A DNA stretch of 64,000 nt, from positions 67,075-131,074 of the forward strand of contig CAZXYN010000002.1 of NCBI GenBank assembly GCA_964644965.1. The letters run 5' to 3'. Position 1 is the stretch's first letter, and every line of letters begins with the position of its first letter. Below the pieces are notes generated by a model, which was not told the origin of the DNA, searched no databases, and saw nothing but the letters and a program-made list of their open reading frames with translations. The DNA is from an uncultured Candidatus Saccharibacteria bacterium (GTDB lineage Bacteria; Patescibacteriota; Saccharimonadia; Saccharimonadales; JACDBH01). This document shows, piece after piece, positions 1 to 7,293 of this stretch. Both the position numbers and the translations under genes were made by a program.

Positions 1-730
1 CTTGTTCGTGGAGCTTTACGATTTGAGCTAGCGAAATACCATCAACGTAATCTTGCACGATGACATTATCGGTGCATAAATCGGTATAAGTTTTCGGTAC
101 ATGAATAATTGGGTGGTCCTTGTAACGTTCGTACATCTGGGTGGCGAATTCTGCCTCTTGTTTGTAATCAGTTTCTTTCAATGTTGCGGCGGTAAAATCT
201 TTGAGCGCGTCATTTAGATCTACATTCATGTTCTTGTAGAGCTTGGCAAAAAAAGTTTTCGAAAATCGCACCAATAGCTTTATGTCATGTCGCAGCATTT
301 CGCGAACCAACGGGCGCAACACCTTTACTATTACCGTCTCGCCAGTCTTGAGCTGGGCGTAGTAGACCTGGCCAAAACTACCAGCTGCAAACGGCTCTGG
401 CTGAATAAGGGCAATTTGCTGGAGTTTGTCCTGTGGCAATTCTTGTTGCAGTAGTGCACCAATGTTTACCGGCTCGTGTTCTAGATTTTCGAATATTTTA
501 AGCTTTTCTGGATTATGCCATTTGCGCATTACTTGTGAGCGTAGCAAAACACCCTGTAGGAACTTTACATAGACGCCACCAAGCGACATAAACTCTTCGC
601 AAATCAAGTTGTACATCTGTTCCTCTTGTTTTCGACGGTAGAGCAGATACGATTTGGTGATTAGCGCCGCTAGACGCTTAGTGCGAGCACGCTTCATGCT
701 CGCTATTGTTTTCTGCCTTGCTTTGTTCAC
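1..730 (-). CDS. ABC1/UbiB-family atypical protein kinase, N-terminal portion (C-terminus lies beyond the window start)
   Basis: Minus-strand frame is open to position 1. It is absent from the ORF track because the window edge truncates it. My translation from GTG 728-730 (AAGGA about 11 nt upstream; alternative ATG 695-697) reads ...EPFAAGSFGQVYYAQLKTGETVIVKVLRP...ETDYKQEAEF..., matching the ABC1 glycine loop, VKVxRP and DYxxEA motifs. Confidence 0.75.
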   Translation of the reverse strand, partial: MNKARQKTIASMKRARTKRLAALITKSYLLYRRKQEEQMYNLICEEFMSLGGVYVKFLQGVLLRSQVMRKWHNPEKLKIFENLEHEPVNIGALLQQELPQDKLQQIALIQPEPFAAGSFGQVYYAQLKTGETVIVKVLRPLVREMLRHDIKLLVRFSKTFFAKLYKNMNVDLNDALKDFTAATLKETDYKQEAEFATQMYERYKDHPIIHVPKTYTDLCTDNVIVQDYVDGISLAQIVKLHEQ

Positions 731-747
731 CTAGGAAATCCTTTGGC

Positions 748-906
748 CTATTTCTTCGCAAATCCTATCAAAAACAAGACAACGGTACTGACCATTACTG
801 CAAGATAGAGTTGAAAGATCTCGTTAGTGTCATCGCGGGTCAGTGCCATGAGCAGCACTGCAACCCAGATGAATAATATAGTGAAGAAGATTGACATATA
901 CTTCAT
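748..906 (-). CDS. small hydrophobic protein (52 aa), function unknown
   Basis: My translation is MKYMSIFFTILFIWVAVLLMALTRDDTNEIFQLYLAVMVSTVVLFLIGFAKK, with two hydrophobic stretches. It is below the ORF-track size cut-off and sits directly upstream of the ABC1 gene on the same strand. Confidence 0.3.
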   Translation of the reverse strand: MKYMSIFFTILFIWVAVLLMALTRDDTNEIFQLYLAVMVSTVVLFLIGFAKK

Positions 907-981
907 AATTAGTTAATTTTATCATATTTTGCTAAAATACGCCATAGCTAGCACCAAAAAACGTCGTTCTGTCAAATTGCG

Positions 982-1167
982 TTGCCGTATCTGTTATTTT
1001 TCGGTATAATAGCCTAGCATTGGTTTATTTTTTGCCAAAAGACCAAACCAAGTCGCCGAGGCGACTGTTTGGGATTTTGAGAGGAGACGGCTGGATGCGT
1101 TTGCTTCTGTTAGTCAGCAAACTTGTTTTGTGACTAACTTGGCAAACGAATCCTTACACGTCGACGA
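982..1167 (+). promoter_or_regulatory. sigma70-like promoter plus conserved structured leader of the tRNA-Pro unit
   Basis: TTGCCG (982-987), 17 nt, TATAAT (1005-1010). The leader has three parts: ACCAAACCAAG-hairpin-TGTTTGGGATTTTGAGAGGAGA (about 1041-1090), a hairpin with loop GCAAACTTGTTTTG (about 1109-1139), and CACGTCGACGAC abutting the tRNA. The same modules occur upstream of tRNA-His and tRNA-Arg(TCT). Confidence 0.55.
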
Positions 1168-1244
1168 CGGGGTGTGGCGCAGTTGGCTAGCGCGCGCGGT
1201 TTGGGACCGTGAGGTCGAAGGTTCGAGTCCTTTCACCCCGACCA
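1168..1244 (+). tRNA. tRNA-Pro (anticodon TGG)
   Basis: Cloverleaf by eye: acceptor CGGGGTG/CACCCCG, D-arm GCGC-AGTTGGCTA-GCGC, anticodon loop TTTGGGA, T-arm GAAGG-TTCGAGT-CCTTT, encoded ACCA. Coordinates cross-checked against ORF 1209..1445, which reads through it. Confidence 0.9.
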
Positions 1245-1252
1245 ATCAAAGA

Positions 1253-1277
1253 GTCCGGCTTTATGCCGGGCTTTTTG
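1253..1277 (+). terminator. intrinsic terminator after tRNA-Pro
   Basis: CCGGC-TTTAT-GCCGG hairpin followed by GCTTTTT. Confidence 0.6.
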
Positions 1278-1404
1278 ATTGGATATGGTAGAGGGCTCGA
1301 ACCGATAGGCATAAATGTCCAGTGGACATTTATGTTTTCCTTGCTTGGCCGAGAAAATGATTTATCACTTTTCGAGCAACTAGTTCGAGTCCTTTCACCC
1401 CGAC
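1278..1404 (+). repeat. tRNA-flanking element P, ending in a 22-nt copy of the tRNA-Pro T-loop-to-acceptor end
   Basis: 1383-1404 (GTTCGAGTCCTTTCACCCCGAC) is identical to 1221-1242 inside tRNA-Pro. The body holds an inverted T-loop box (GGTTCGAGCC on the minus strand). It also holds the core TCGAACCGATAGGC-hairpin-GTTTTCCTTGCTTGGCCG (1297-1351), which is shared with the element at 23448-23502. Confidence 0.7.
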
Positions 1405-1422
1405 ATAAAATAAGTCAAATAA

Positions 1423-1587
1423 CACTTCTTAAGGCAAGACCTTGAGATTTCGAAGTGCTGCAGATGTTACGGGTACACCCTACGCAACTGGGACAAGGAC
1501 GGTACACTTAAGCTTATACGCATAGGTAAGCGTAAGATACGGCGTTGGAAGAAGCCTGACGTGATTAAGCTTCTTGAAGGCAATTAG
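1423..1587 (+). pseudogene. excisionase/AlpA-like (HTH_17-type) DNA-binding protein remnant without a canonical start codon
   Basis: The frame opens after TAA 1420-1422. My translation is HFLRQDLEISKCCRCYGYTLRNWDKDGTLKLIRIGKRKIRRWKKPDVIKLLEGN*. The TLRNW..G.L..IRIG.R.IR......V..LL pattern resembles Xis/AlpA HTH proteins. No ATG, GTG or TTG is present in frame. It sits immediately after the tRNA-Pro end repeat. Confidence 0.35.
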
Positions 1588-1821
1588 TAACACTTGAAGT
1601 ATAGAAAAATTACGGTGTAAATAGTACAATCGTGATAAGCGTTTAACGCCTAGACCTAAACCAAGCAATTGGCATGGTTGATAAATCCATAGAGAAATAA
1701 AAGCTCGTCATGAGTCGCTATTTCTCTATGGTCGGTACTGGAAACGGTATCGGGTAGCTTCGGCTATCGCTCGTGGCGGGCTTTTTATATAGCATCACAA
1801 CTACCTGAAAGGAGATAAGGC

Positions 1822-2376
1822 GTGCAAGCATTAAGGTCAATCGGGAGCACTCTACTGGGTATTGTTATTTTCGTCGGAATTATTATTGCAACAGTTTTGC
1901 TGTTTACTCTAGGTGCTAGATTAGCATTTACTATTCAGCCATTTATCAACTGGCTTGCTGGCGTTCTGTTTATCATAAATATTGTAGCGTTGATTGTGGC
2001 AATAGCGCCAAAAGCAAGGGGCTGGTCTGGTCTGATAATCTACATTTCATCTTATGTATATGGACTAGGAACATGGATTTTCGGTTTAGCGGTTACTCTG
2101 GCGCTCTGGGGCTGGATAGCAGTTATCATTGGTCTTCTTTTGGGTGGTGTCGGTGTTGTACCTATCGGCATGTTGGCCGCAATACTCAACGGAGAGTGGG
2201 GGATATTCTGGACGTTGTTCATAAGTCTAGCTCTGACTTATGGGGCACGTCTAATAGGCACGCTACTAGTGTCCAGTGCTGAAAACCAGCCACATTATGA
2301 TGGAGACGATGTTAGTGATGATGTTATTGACATAGAACCAGGAACACATAAACGAACATGGAAGGACATTGAGTAA
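1822..2376 (+). CDS. multi-pass membrane protein, unknown function; C-terminus ends KRTWKDIE
   Basis: ORF track, 184 aa. GTG start with GGAGA about 9 nt upstream. About 5 hydrophobic helices and an acidic tail. Confidence 0.65.
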   Translation: MQALRSIGSTLLGIVIFVGIIIATVLLFTLGARLAFTIQPFINWLAGVLFIINIVALIVAIAPKARGWSGLIIYISSYVYGLGTWIFGLAVTLALWGWIAVIIGLLLGGVGVVPIGMLAAILNGEWGIFWTLFISLALTYGARLIGTLLVSSAENQPHYDGDDVSDDVIDIEPGTHKRTWKDIE

Positions 2377-2675
2377 TGACCAAAGAAGCTGACGAGAAAC
2401 ATACGCATAACCAAAACAATGCAGAGTCGCCTAAATCAAGCGTTAGTTCTTTTATTCATGTAGCTGGCTTTGCGGGTGGTTTTTTAATTGGTTTTAGGCT
2501 ATTAAATAACTTAATCATTGGGATAGTTCTTGGAATAATTGGAGGAATTATTACCTCCGGAATTTGGGCATTGTTTACTGATAAAGCAGAGAATGGTACG
2601 AAAAAGCATGACGCCGAAAAAGAAACAATAAGCGAGGGTGAAAGTCAAAGACGAACGTGGAAGGACGTTGAATAA
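2376..2675 (+). CDS. small membrane protein, unknown function; C-terminus ends RRTWKDVE
   Basis: ORF track, 99 aa. Its ATG overlaps the upstream stop (TAATG). Glycine-rich TM pair. Confidence 0.6.
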   Translation: MTKEADEKHTHNQNNAESPKSSVSSFIHVAGFAGGFLIGFRLLNNLIIGIVLGIIGGIITSGIWALFTDKAENGTKKHDAEKETISEGESQRRTWKDVE

Positions 2676-2676
2676 T

Positions 2677-3894
2677 ATGGACATGCCACATACAAAGTTA
2701 CGCCAAAAGTATATTGACGAAATCAAGGTTATTGAGGCGAATATCAAAGATATAGCTAGTGGTGAAGCACCGCAAGCATTGTATGAACACTCACAAAATA
2801 AGCTGGATAAGTTAGCAGAGCATTTTCAGTACGATGAACAGCTCGGAACCGCTAGGTACAAGCTCTATGAACTGCAAGCACTCTTGTATTACTTCCAGAA
2901 CAGAGATGATGACGCATTGGCATTTATACTGCAAGCCGTTGAAATCAAAGGCTCCTCATATAAACGGGCCGAACAACTCATAGCACAGATAGATTCAGCT
3001 CCGGCGGAGAGCCATAACTGGGATAATTATCTGGACCACAATGAAACACCGGCAATAACTAGAGCGAATAGTAACCAGAGGGTCGTATTTTTTCATAAAT
3101 CACCATTAACGGTGGCGTTACTATCATTCATTTCACTCGGGTTATATTCCATATATTGGTCGTATAAACACTGGAAGATTATTCAAGACAGCAAGGGCAA
3201 TAAGCCAGCCTATACAGGTTGGTGGCATTGGGGAGGTAAGTTTAGTGAAAACAAAAGAACATACCCAGTTTGGGCTGCTATTTTCCAGTTATTCTCAATC
3301 TACCCCCTCTTTAAATTGATAAAAATTACGGCTCAAGAGAGTGGCTATGAAAAATTTCGTAAGACGAAGTTTACTGCAACTGGCTACATTATTTTATCCG
3401 CTGCCGTCAACGCTACATGGAGAGCAGAACCAAAGACTACCACTGATTTTGTAACATTTATAATATTCATGGTTCTAATGGGAGCATGTATAGCAGTAAT
3501 ACTGGCTATTGTACAACGTGCAGCGAATGCGCAAAACATATCTGTGCTTGGTAAGCGGCACAAGTTCAAGAGTGTGTTTGTGGGTGAAGTAATCTTTACC
3601 ATTATTGCAGTTGGTTTCAGTGTGTTGGCCATTATTGGTACATACAGCTCAGTCGGCACGGTAGGTTACGAAGGTTTAAGTAACGAAGCAATGGGTGCAT
3701 ATCAGAGAATGGAATCGTTGCGAAGCCAGTATAACGCATGTAGTAGCGACTTGGACGCAAGGCGTGATAACGTTAATATTTATAGCGATTATGAGGTTGA
3801 TTCCTTTAATAGCGACCTGGAAGATTGTGAGAACACAAGACTTAGATTGAACAGCACAGTAGATGAATACAACAGACTTGCGGGGTATGAGTAA
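2677..3894 (+). CDS. membrane protein with helical N-terminal domain and DUF4234-like GLYSIYW transmembrane region
   Basis: ORF track 2638..3894. I prefer the internal ATG at 2677 (MDMPHTK...), just after the upstream stop. Motif LSFISLGLYSIYWSYKHWKII plus further TM helices and an acidic C-terminal domain. Confidence 0.6.
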   Translation: MDMPHTKLRQKYIDEIKVIEANIKDIASGEAPQALYEHSQNKLDKLAEHFQYDEQLGTARYKLYELQALLYYFQNRDDDALAFILQAVEIKGSSYKRAEQLIAQIDSAPAESHNWDNYLDHNETPAITRANSNQRVVFFHKSPLTVALLSFISLGLYSIYWSYKHWKIIQDSKGNKPAYTGWWHWGGKFSENKRTYPVWAAIFQLFSIYPLFKLIKITAQESGYEKFRKTKFTATGYIILSAAVNATWRAEPKTTTDFVTFIIFMVLMGACIAVILAIVQRAANAQNISVLGKRHKFKSVFVGEVIFTIIAVGFSVLAIIGTYSSVGTVGYEGLSNEAMGAYQRMESLRSQYNACSSDLDARRDNVNIYSDYEVDSFNSDLEDCENTRLRLNSTVDEYNRLAGYE

Positions 3895-3910
3895 AGTAAA
3901 GGACTTTTAG

Positions 3911-4417
3911 ATGGAACGACCAAAACAATTTAGAGACCCACAACTTGAGACTTCAGGAGAGATTATTGGATTCTATCCGAGGGAGTTCTATACATTTGAT
4001 AATTTTGCTGCTTTCCAAGTAGATTACATGGATTTTCGGTGGCCTACTTCTGAGCACGCTTATCATGCAGCGAAGTTTATTGATACTGCTCCTGAAGTTG
4101 TTGAGATGTTAAAAGAAGCACGATCCCCTCACGATGCACTAGCTATTGCGACTGAACACAAACCTAGACGTGCAGAAGATTGGGACGAACGCAAAGTCGC
4201 AGTAATGTATGAGATATGTCGTCTAAAGCTAGTTCAGAATGTTTATGTGCTTCAGAAGCTAGAGTTAAGCGGAGACCTAGATATAGTTGAAGACTCGCCT
4301 AAAGATGATTTTTGGGGTTGGGGACCAAACCGTGATGGCAGAAATGAACTAGGGAAAATCTGGATGCGACTTCGGGAAGAACTTAGGTCTGGCTTAATAG
4401 AGACAAATACGGAATAG
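3911..4417 (+). CDS. NADAR (DUF1768/YbiA-like) family protein
   Basis: ORF track, 168 aa. FYTFDNFAAFQVDYMDFRWPTSEHAYHAAKF and DDFWGWG...G.N.LG..LM match the NADAR signature. Confidence 0.8.
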   Translation: MERPKQFRDPQLETSGEIIGFYPREFYTFDNFAAFQVDYMDFRWPTSEHAYHAAKFIDTAPEVVEMLKEARSPHDALAIATEHKPRRAEDWDERKVAVMYEICRLKLVQNVYVLQKLELSGDLDIVEDSPKDDFWGWGPNRDGRNELGKIWMRLREELRSGLIETNTE

Positions 4418-4575
4418 TTTACTCATAGCACAAGGTTTTCGACTTGAGCCTCTCTGCGTTTTGAGTTACAAGCATTCCTGAGTTCATTAAGTACACTAAC
4501 AGCTTGAGAGTAGTCTTCAAATAGACTATTAAGCAGTTCGTGTAGGGTATGTTCGATCCGACCAAACTTAGCCAC

Positions 4576-5217
4576 CTATTTCTTACGAGTTGCGAAGAAT
4601 ATAGCTACAAAGCTTATGATTAACGCAGCACCTGCAACATAGATTGCGATATCTGCCATTTGACTATCGTCTTCTGCTGCCATCTCCTCGTTACCATCGT
4701 GACTATCGGTTGACGCACCTTCAACAACATTTGTAACGGAGAGAGGTCCCGTATTCTCGCCTGCTCCATGGCTATCACCGCTAGATGCCTGATCCCAGGC
4801 AACAACTGTGCCATCAGAGTATGTTTGATAGGCTTTCCATTCTATCTCGCCAGGAACGTCTGGAGCCTTTGCACTGAACGTAAAGTCATCACGCAGCCCA
4901 TCTGCTATCTCACCATCGCTCCATGTAATTGACGTGACCTGTGCTGTCTCGCCTTCGCCAGATTTTTCGGTTGCGATTGTCCAGCCTGGTTTAACGGTTG
5001 GCTTAACACTCGTTACCGCTTCGGGAATCAGTAGCTTGATGGCCGTAGTCGGTACTTCCTTTTCGTTCGGTACACTCACTATAAAAGTCTGGTAGCTGGC
5101 TGTTGCTACCTCTGCTGGCTTCACGGTTACGTGTGCAGCAACGGTTGCGCTGAACAGAGAAACAAATACCCCAGTTATTGCTAATATTGATAGAAATTGC
5201 TTTAAAACTCTCATCAA
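4576..5217 (-). CDS. YcnI-family (DUF1775) copper-binding protein, membrane anchored
   Basis: ORF track, 213 aa. Signal peptide ends ...VAAH, giving mature N-terminus HVTVKPAEV.... Contains ..PGWT... and a C-terminal TM helix plus KK, typical of YcnI. Confidence 0.8.
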   Translation of the reverse strand: MMRVLKQFLSILAITGVFVSLFSATVAAHVTVKPAEVATASYQTFIVSVPNEKEVPTTAIKLLIPEAVTSVKPTVKPGWTIATEKSGEGETAQVTSITWSDGEIADGLRDDFTFSAKAPDVPGEIEWKAYQTYSDGTVVAWDQASSGDSHGAGENTGPLSVTNVVEGASTDSHDGNEEMAAEDDSQMADIAIYVAGAALIISFVAIFFATRKK

Positions 5218-5247
5218 ATCCCCTTATTTTTTACCAGTCTAACATAC

Positions 5248-5775
5248 TTATTGCCGGCTGTAGGTGGCTATCTTGTGACGGTAATTAAAGCCGACAATTG
5301 CTACCATCACAAGCCCGCTCAATGCCGCAACTAGCCCTAATTCAGCCCATGCATAGCGATTTGAAGCTTGCGAAGCTACAGCAGTAACGCCACGAGATAC
5401 ACGTTGACTAGATTCGAAATTGTATGATGCAGAGGATGTCTTAATTTGTAGCTTCAGTCGATAGACGCCTTGGGTAGGGAAAGCATAGTTGGTACTCATA
5501 TAGCTGTCGTTTGTTTCTAGATTTACTATAGTTAGCTCGTCGCTGCTGTTTGTAATAGTGAGTATCGCCTCATAATCAGAATCATCAAGCGAATCTATCT
5601 GCACATCGTAGAACAAGTTACTCTCTTCGCCGGCTATAGGATCATCATCTGGCATGACGTGTAGGATTGCTCCGTACTGGCCAGTCGTGTCGGTGACGAG
5701 AATATGGGCTGATACCTTGGTCGGTAGGGCTACCCAGCCGAGTAGCAACAGAATTCCTAAAATCAACTTATTCAT
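5248..5775 (-). CDS. secreted, C-terminally anchored protein with predicted mature N-terminal His (CopC-like candidate)
   Basis: ORF track, 175 aa. Signal peptide ...KVSAH then ILVTDTTG. Beta-rich body and a C-terminal TM helix. Operonic between the ferric-reductase-like gene and ycnI. The CopC-like reading is inference. Confidence 0.55.
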   Translation of the reverse strand: MNKLILGILLLLGWVALPTKVSAHILVTDTTGQYGAILHVMPDDDPIAGEESNLFYDVQIDSLDDSDYEAILTITNSSDELTIVNLETNDSYMSTNYAFPTQGVYRLKLQIKTSSASYNFESSQRVSRGVTAVASQASNRYAWAELGLVAALSGLVMVAIVGFNYRHKIATYSRQ

Positions 5776-6559
5776 TAGTCACCTCACTGACATAATCGGC
5801 GTCATGTAGATGAACAGAATGATAATTTACAAACAGTAGAGGGATTGCCAGCACAGCCAGTGTCCAAACAATCCACATACTCATAATGATGGTCACTGCT
5901 TCTGGCTTAGAGAATAGCTGCTTTTTGTCATTGATAATTCTTATGACGCGGTGAGACTCTAACCCTGCAAGTAGTGATAGAGCAAACAACCCAACTAGCT
6001 GAATATTTGTATAGGCTACGTGGGTACCAATAGTCCAGATGTGAAGTATTACCAGAATAAACCCGATGTAGCCTAGCCTATGCAGCCACTTCCACTTGCG
6101 GAATGTCATGAACGAAATTACCTTGTTAAACGAAGTAGCCGCCATCATTAGCAGTATGATAATTCCCACCAGCCCACCTGCCAGCGACCATTTGAACAAA
6201 TCTGGTAACCTACCGAGCTCACCAGGGCCACCCAACTGACCCCAAAGTGAAATGATTAGGTGTAGCACTGCAAAATAGGCCGCCGACACTCCAATTGCCC
6301 GGCGTGCAAAAGTTATATGGGTAAGCTTTTCTTTACCAACAATGTAGCCCAGTGGTGAGATTAGTAGTGCTACATACCAGTAGCTCAGGGCTAATATGCC
6401 CATTATCTGCTGAGAACGAATATAAAACAGCTGGTCAGCTGGGATTATCAGCCGCATACCTGAGACAACGAGCAGACTCACCAGAACCGAAACGCACAAG
6501 ATATAAAAGCGCGAATTATTCAGCAAATTCGATATAGTTTCGTGTTTATGCTTAACCAT
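5768..6559 (-). CDS. ferric-reductase-like transmembrane (YedZ/MsrQ-type heme b) protein
   Basis: ORF track, 263 aa. Six TM helices with conserved His positions (RRAIGVSAAYFAVLHLI; WKWLHRLGYIGFILVILHIW). Overlaps the downstream gene by 8 nt. Confidence 0.55.
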   Translation of the reverse strand: MVKHKHETISNLLNNSRFYILCVSVLVSLLVVSGMRLIIPADQLFYIRSQQIMGILALSYWYVALLISPLGYIVGKEKLTHITFARRAIGVSAAYFAVLHLIISLWGQLGGPGELGRLPDLFKWSLAGGLVGIIILLMMAATSFNKVISFMTFRKWKWLHRLGYIGFILVILHIWTIGTHVAYTNIQLVGLFALSLLAGLESHRVIRIINDKKQLFSKPEAVTIIMSMWIVWTLAVLAIPLLFVNYHSVHLHDADYVSEVTNE

Positions 6560-6585
6560 TTCAACTCATTATATAGGACATAGCT

Positions 6586-7266
6586 TTGTTTGGGGTTTAC
6601 GACTCGTCTATAATACTGTTTATGGTTCAAGCACTCTTGGCGGCAATCGTCATCGCCGCAATCCTCGGTCTTTCTGAGGTTGCCTGGAAAAAGGCGCATA
6701 TTCAAGGCGAGCTAGCTCGAAAGTTCGTACATATTACTACTGGTGTTTTCATCGCTTTCCTGCCATTTTGGGTAGATTACAACTGGATTATGGCGCTAGC
6801 GGTGGGCTTTGTTGTAGCTAATCTAGTCAACAGATATGTCGACTTTTTTCATGCCATTCATGCCGTACGCCGCAAGAGCTGGGGTGATGTTTTGTTCGGA
6901 GTCGGCGTGTTCGCGGTCGCTTGGTTTCAGCCCAACCCGTGGGTGTTCGCGGTCGCTATTCTACAAGTTAGCCTAGCCGATGGTCTTGCGGCTATAGCTG
7001 GTGTGACATATGGCAAAGAACACGGCAAATATTATCTATTCACTCAGCCAAAGTCTATTATCGGTAGTAGCGTATTTCTGGTCGTATCAGCATTAATACT
7101 AATATTCGGAATGGTTGCCAGTAGCTATTTTGTCGATCCCGCGCAGATGTGGCCAGTAATAGTTATGTTGCCATTGATGCTTGTATGCGTAGAAAACCTG
7201 GCTGTATTTGGATTTGATAATTTGGCTTTGCCGCTGGCGACATTGGCGGTACTCAGTCTGTTATAA
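6586..7266 (+). CDS. polyprenol/dolichol-kinase or CdsA-like cytidylyltransferase-family membrane protein
   Basis: ORF track, 226 aa (alternative start ATG 6622). RKFVHITTG...LADGLAAIAGVTYGK motif in a polytopic membrane protein. Confidence 0.5.
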   Translation: MFGVYDSSIILFMVQALLAAIVIAAILGLSEVAWKKAHIQGELARKFVHITTGVFIAFLPFWVDYNWIMALAVGFVVANLVNRYVDFFHAIHAVRRKSWGDVLFGVGVFAVAWFQPNPWVFAVAILQVSLADGLAAIAGVTYGKEHGKYYLFTQPKSIIGSSVFLVVSALILIFGMVASSYFVDPAQMWPVIVMLPLMLVCVENLAVFGFDNLALPLATLAVLSLL

Positions 7267-7293
7267 CCCCTGAAAATAGGCTATAATAACACT

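Noticed and set aside
1283-1310. The idea that the flanking elements encode genuine tRNAs on the opposite strand. Each has a GTTCGA/GTTCAAG box, and several end in CCA when read that way (for example GGTTCGAGCCCTCTACCA at 1288-1305 on the minus strand, and GTGGG-TTCAAGT-TCCAT-TGACCAG-C-CCA at about 8374-8403).
   Set aside because: I could not build a cloverleaf for any of them. There is no matching 5' acceptor strand, no D-arm, and the candidate anticodon loops lack U33. Only the tRNA-His copy has a well-formed T-arm. They look like tRNA-end fragments or mimics rather than complete tRNA genes.
1209-1445. ORF-track entries that read straight through tRNA genes and their flanking elements (1209..1445, 8195..8395, 8434..8718, 10032..10292, 10110..10331, 12166..12378, 12365..12568, 28328..28558, 41412..41627).
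   Set aside because: Each overlaps a well-formed tRNA cloverleaf or terminator hairpins and lacks an RBS. They are explained by the RNA features.
4551-4567. GTTCGATCCGACCAA as the distal att site of the tRNA-Pro islet.
   Set aside because: It is only a gapped 15-nt resemblance to the tRNA-Pro T-loop/acceptor end and could easily arise by chance. I mention it in the islet finding but do not annotate it as a feature.
4430-4575. 48-codon minus-strand ORF starting at a GTG that overlaps the ycnI stop (VAKFGRIEHTLHELLNSLFEDYSQAVSVLNELRNACNSKRREAQVENLVL).
   Set aside because: It is short, has a non-ATG start, no clear RBS, and no family recognised. It may be real, but I cannot support it.
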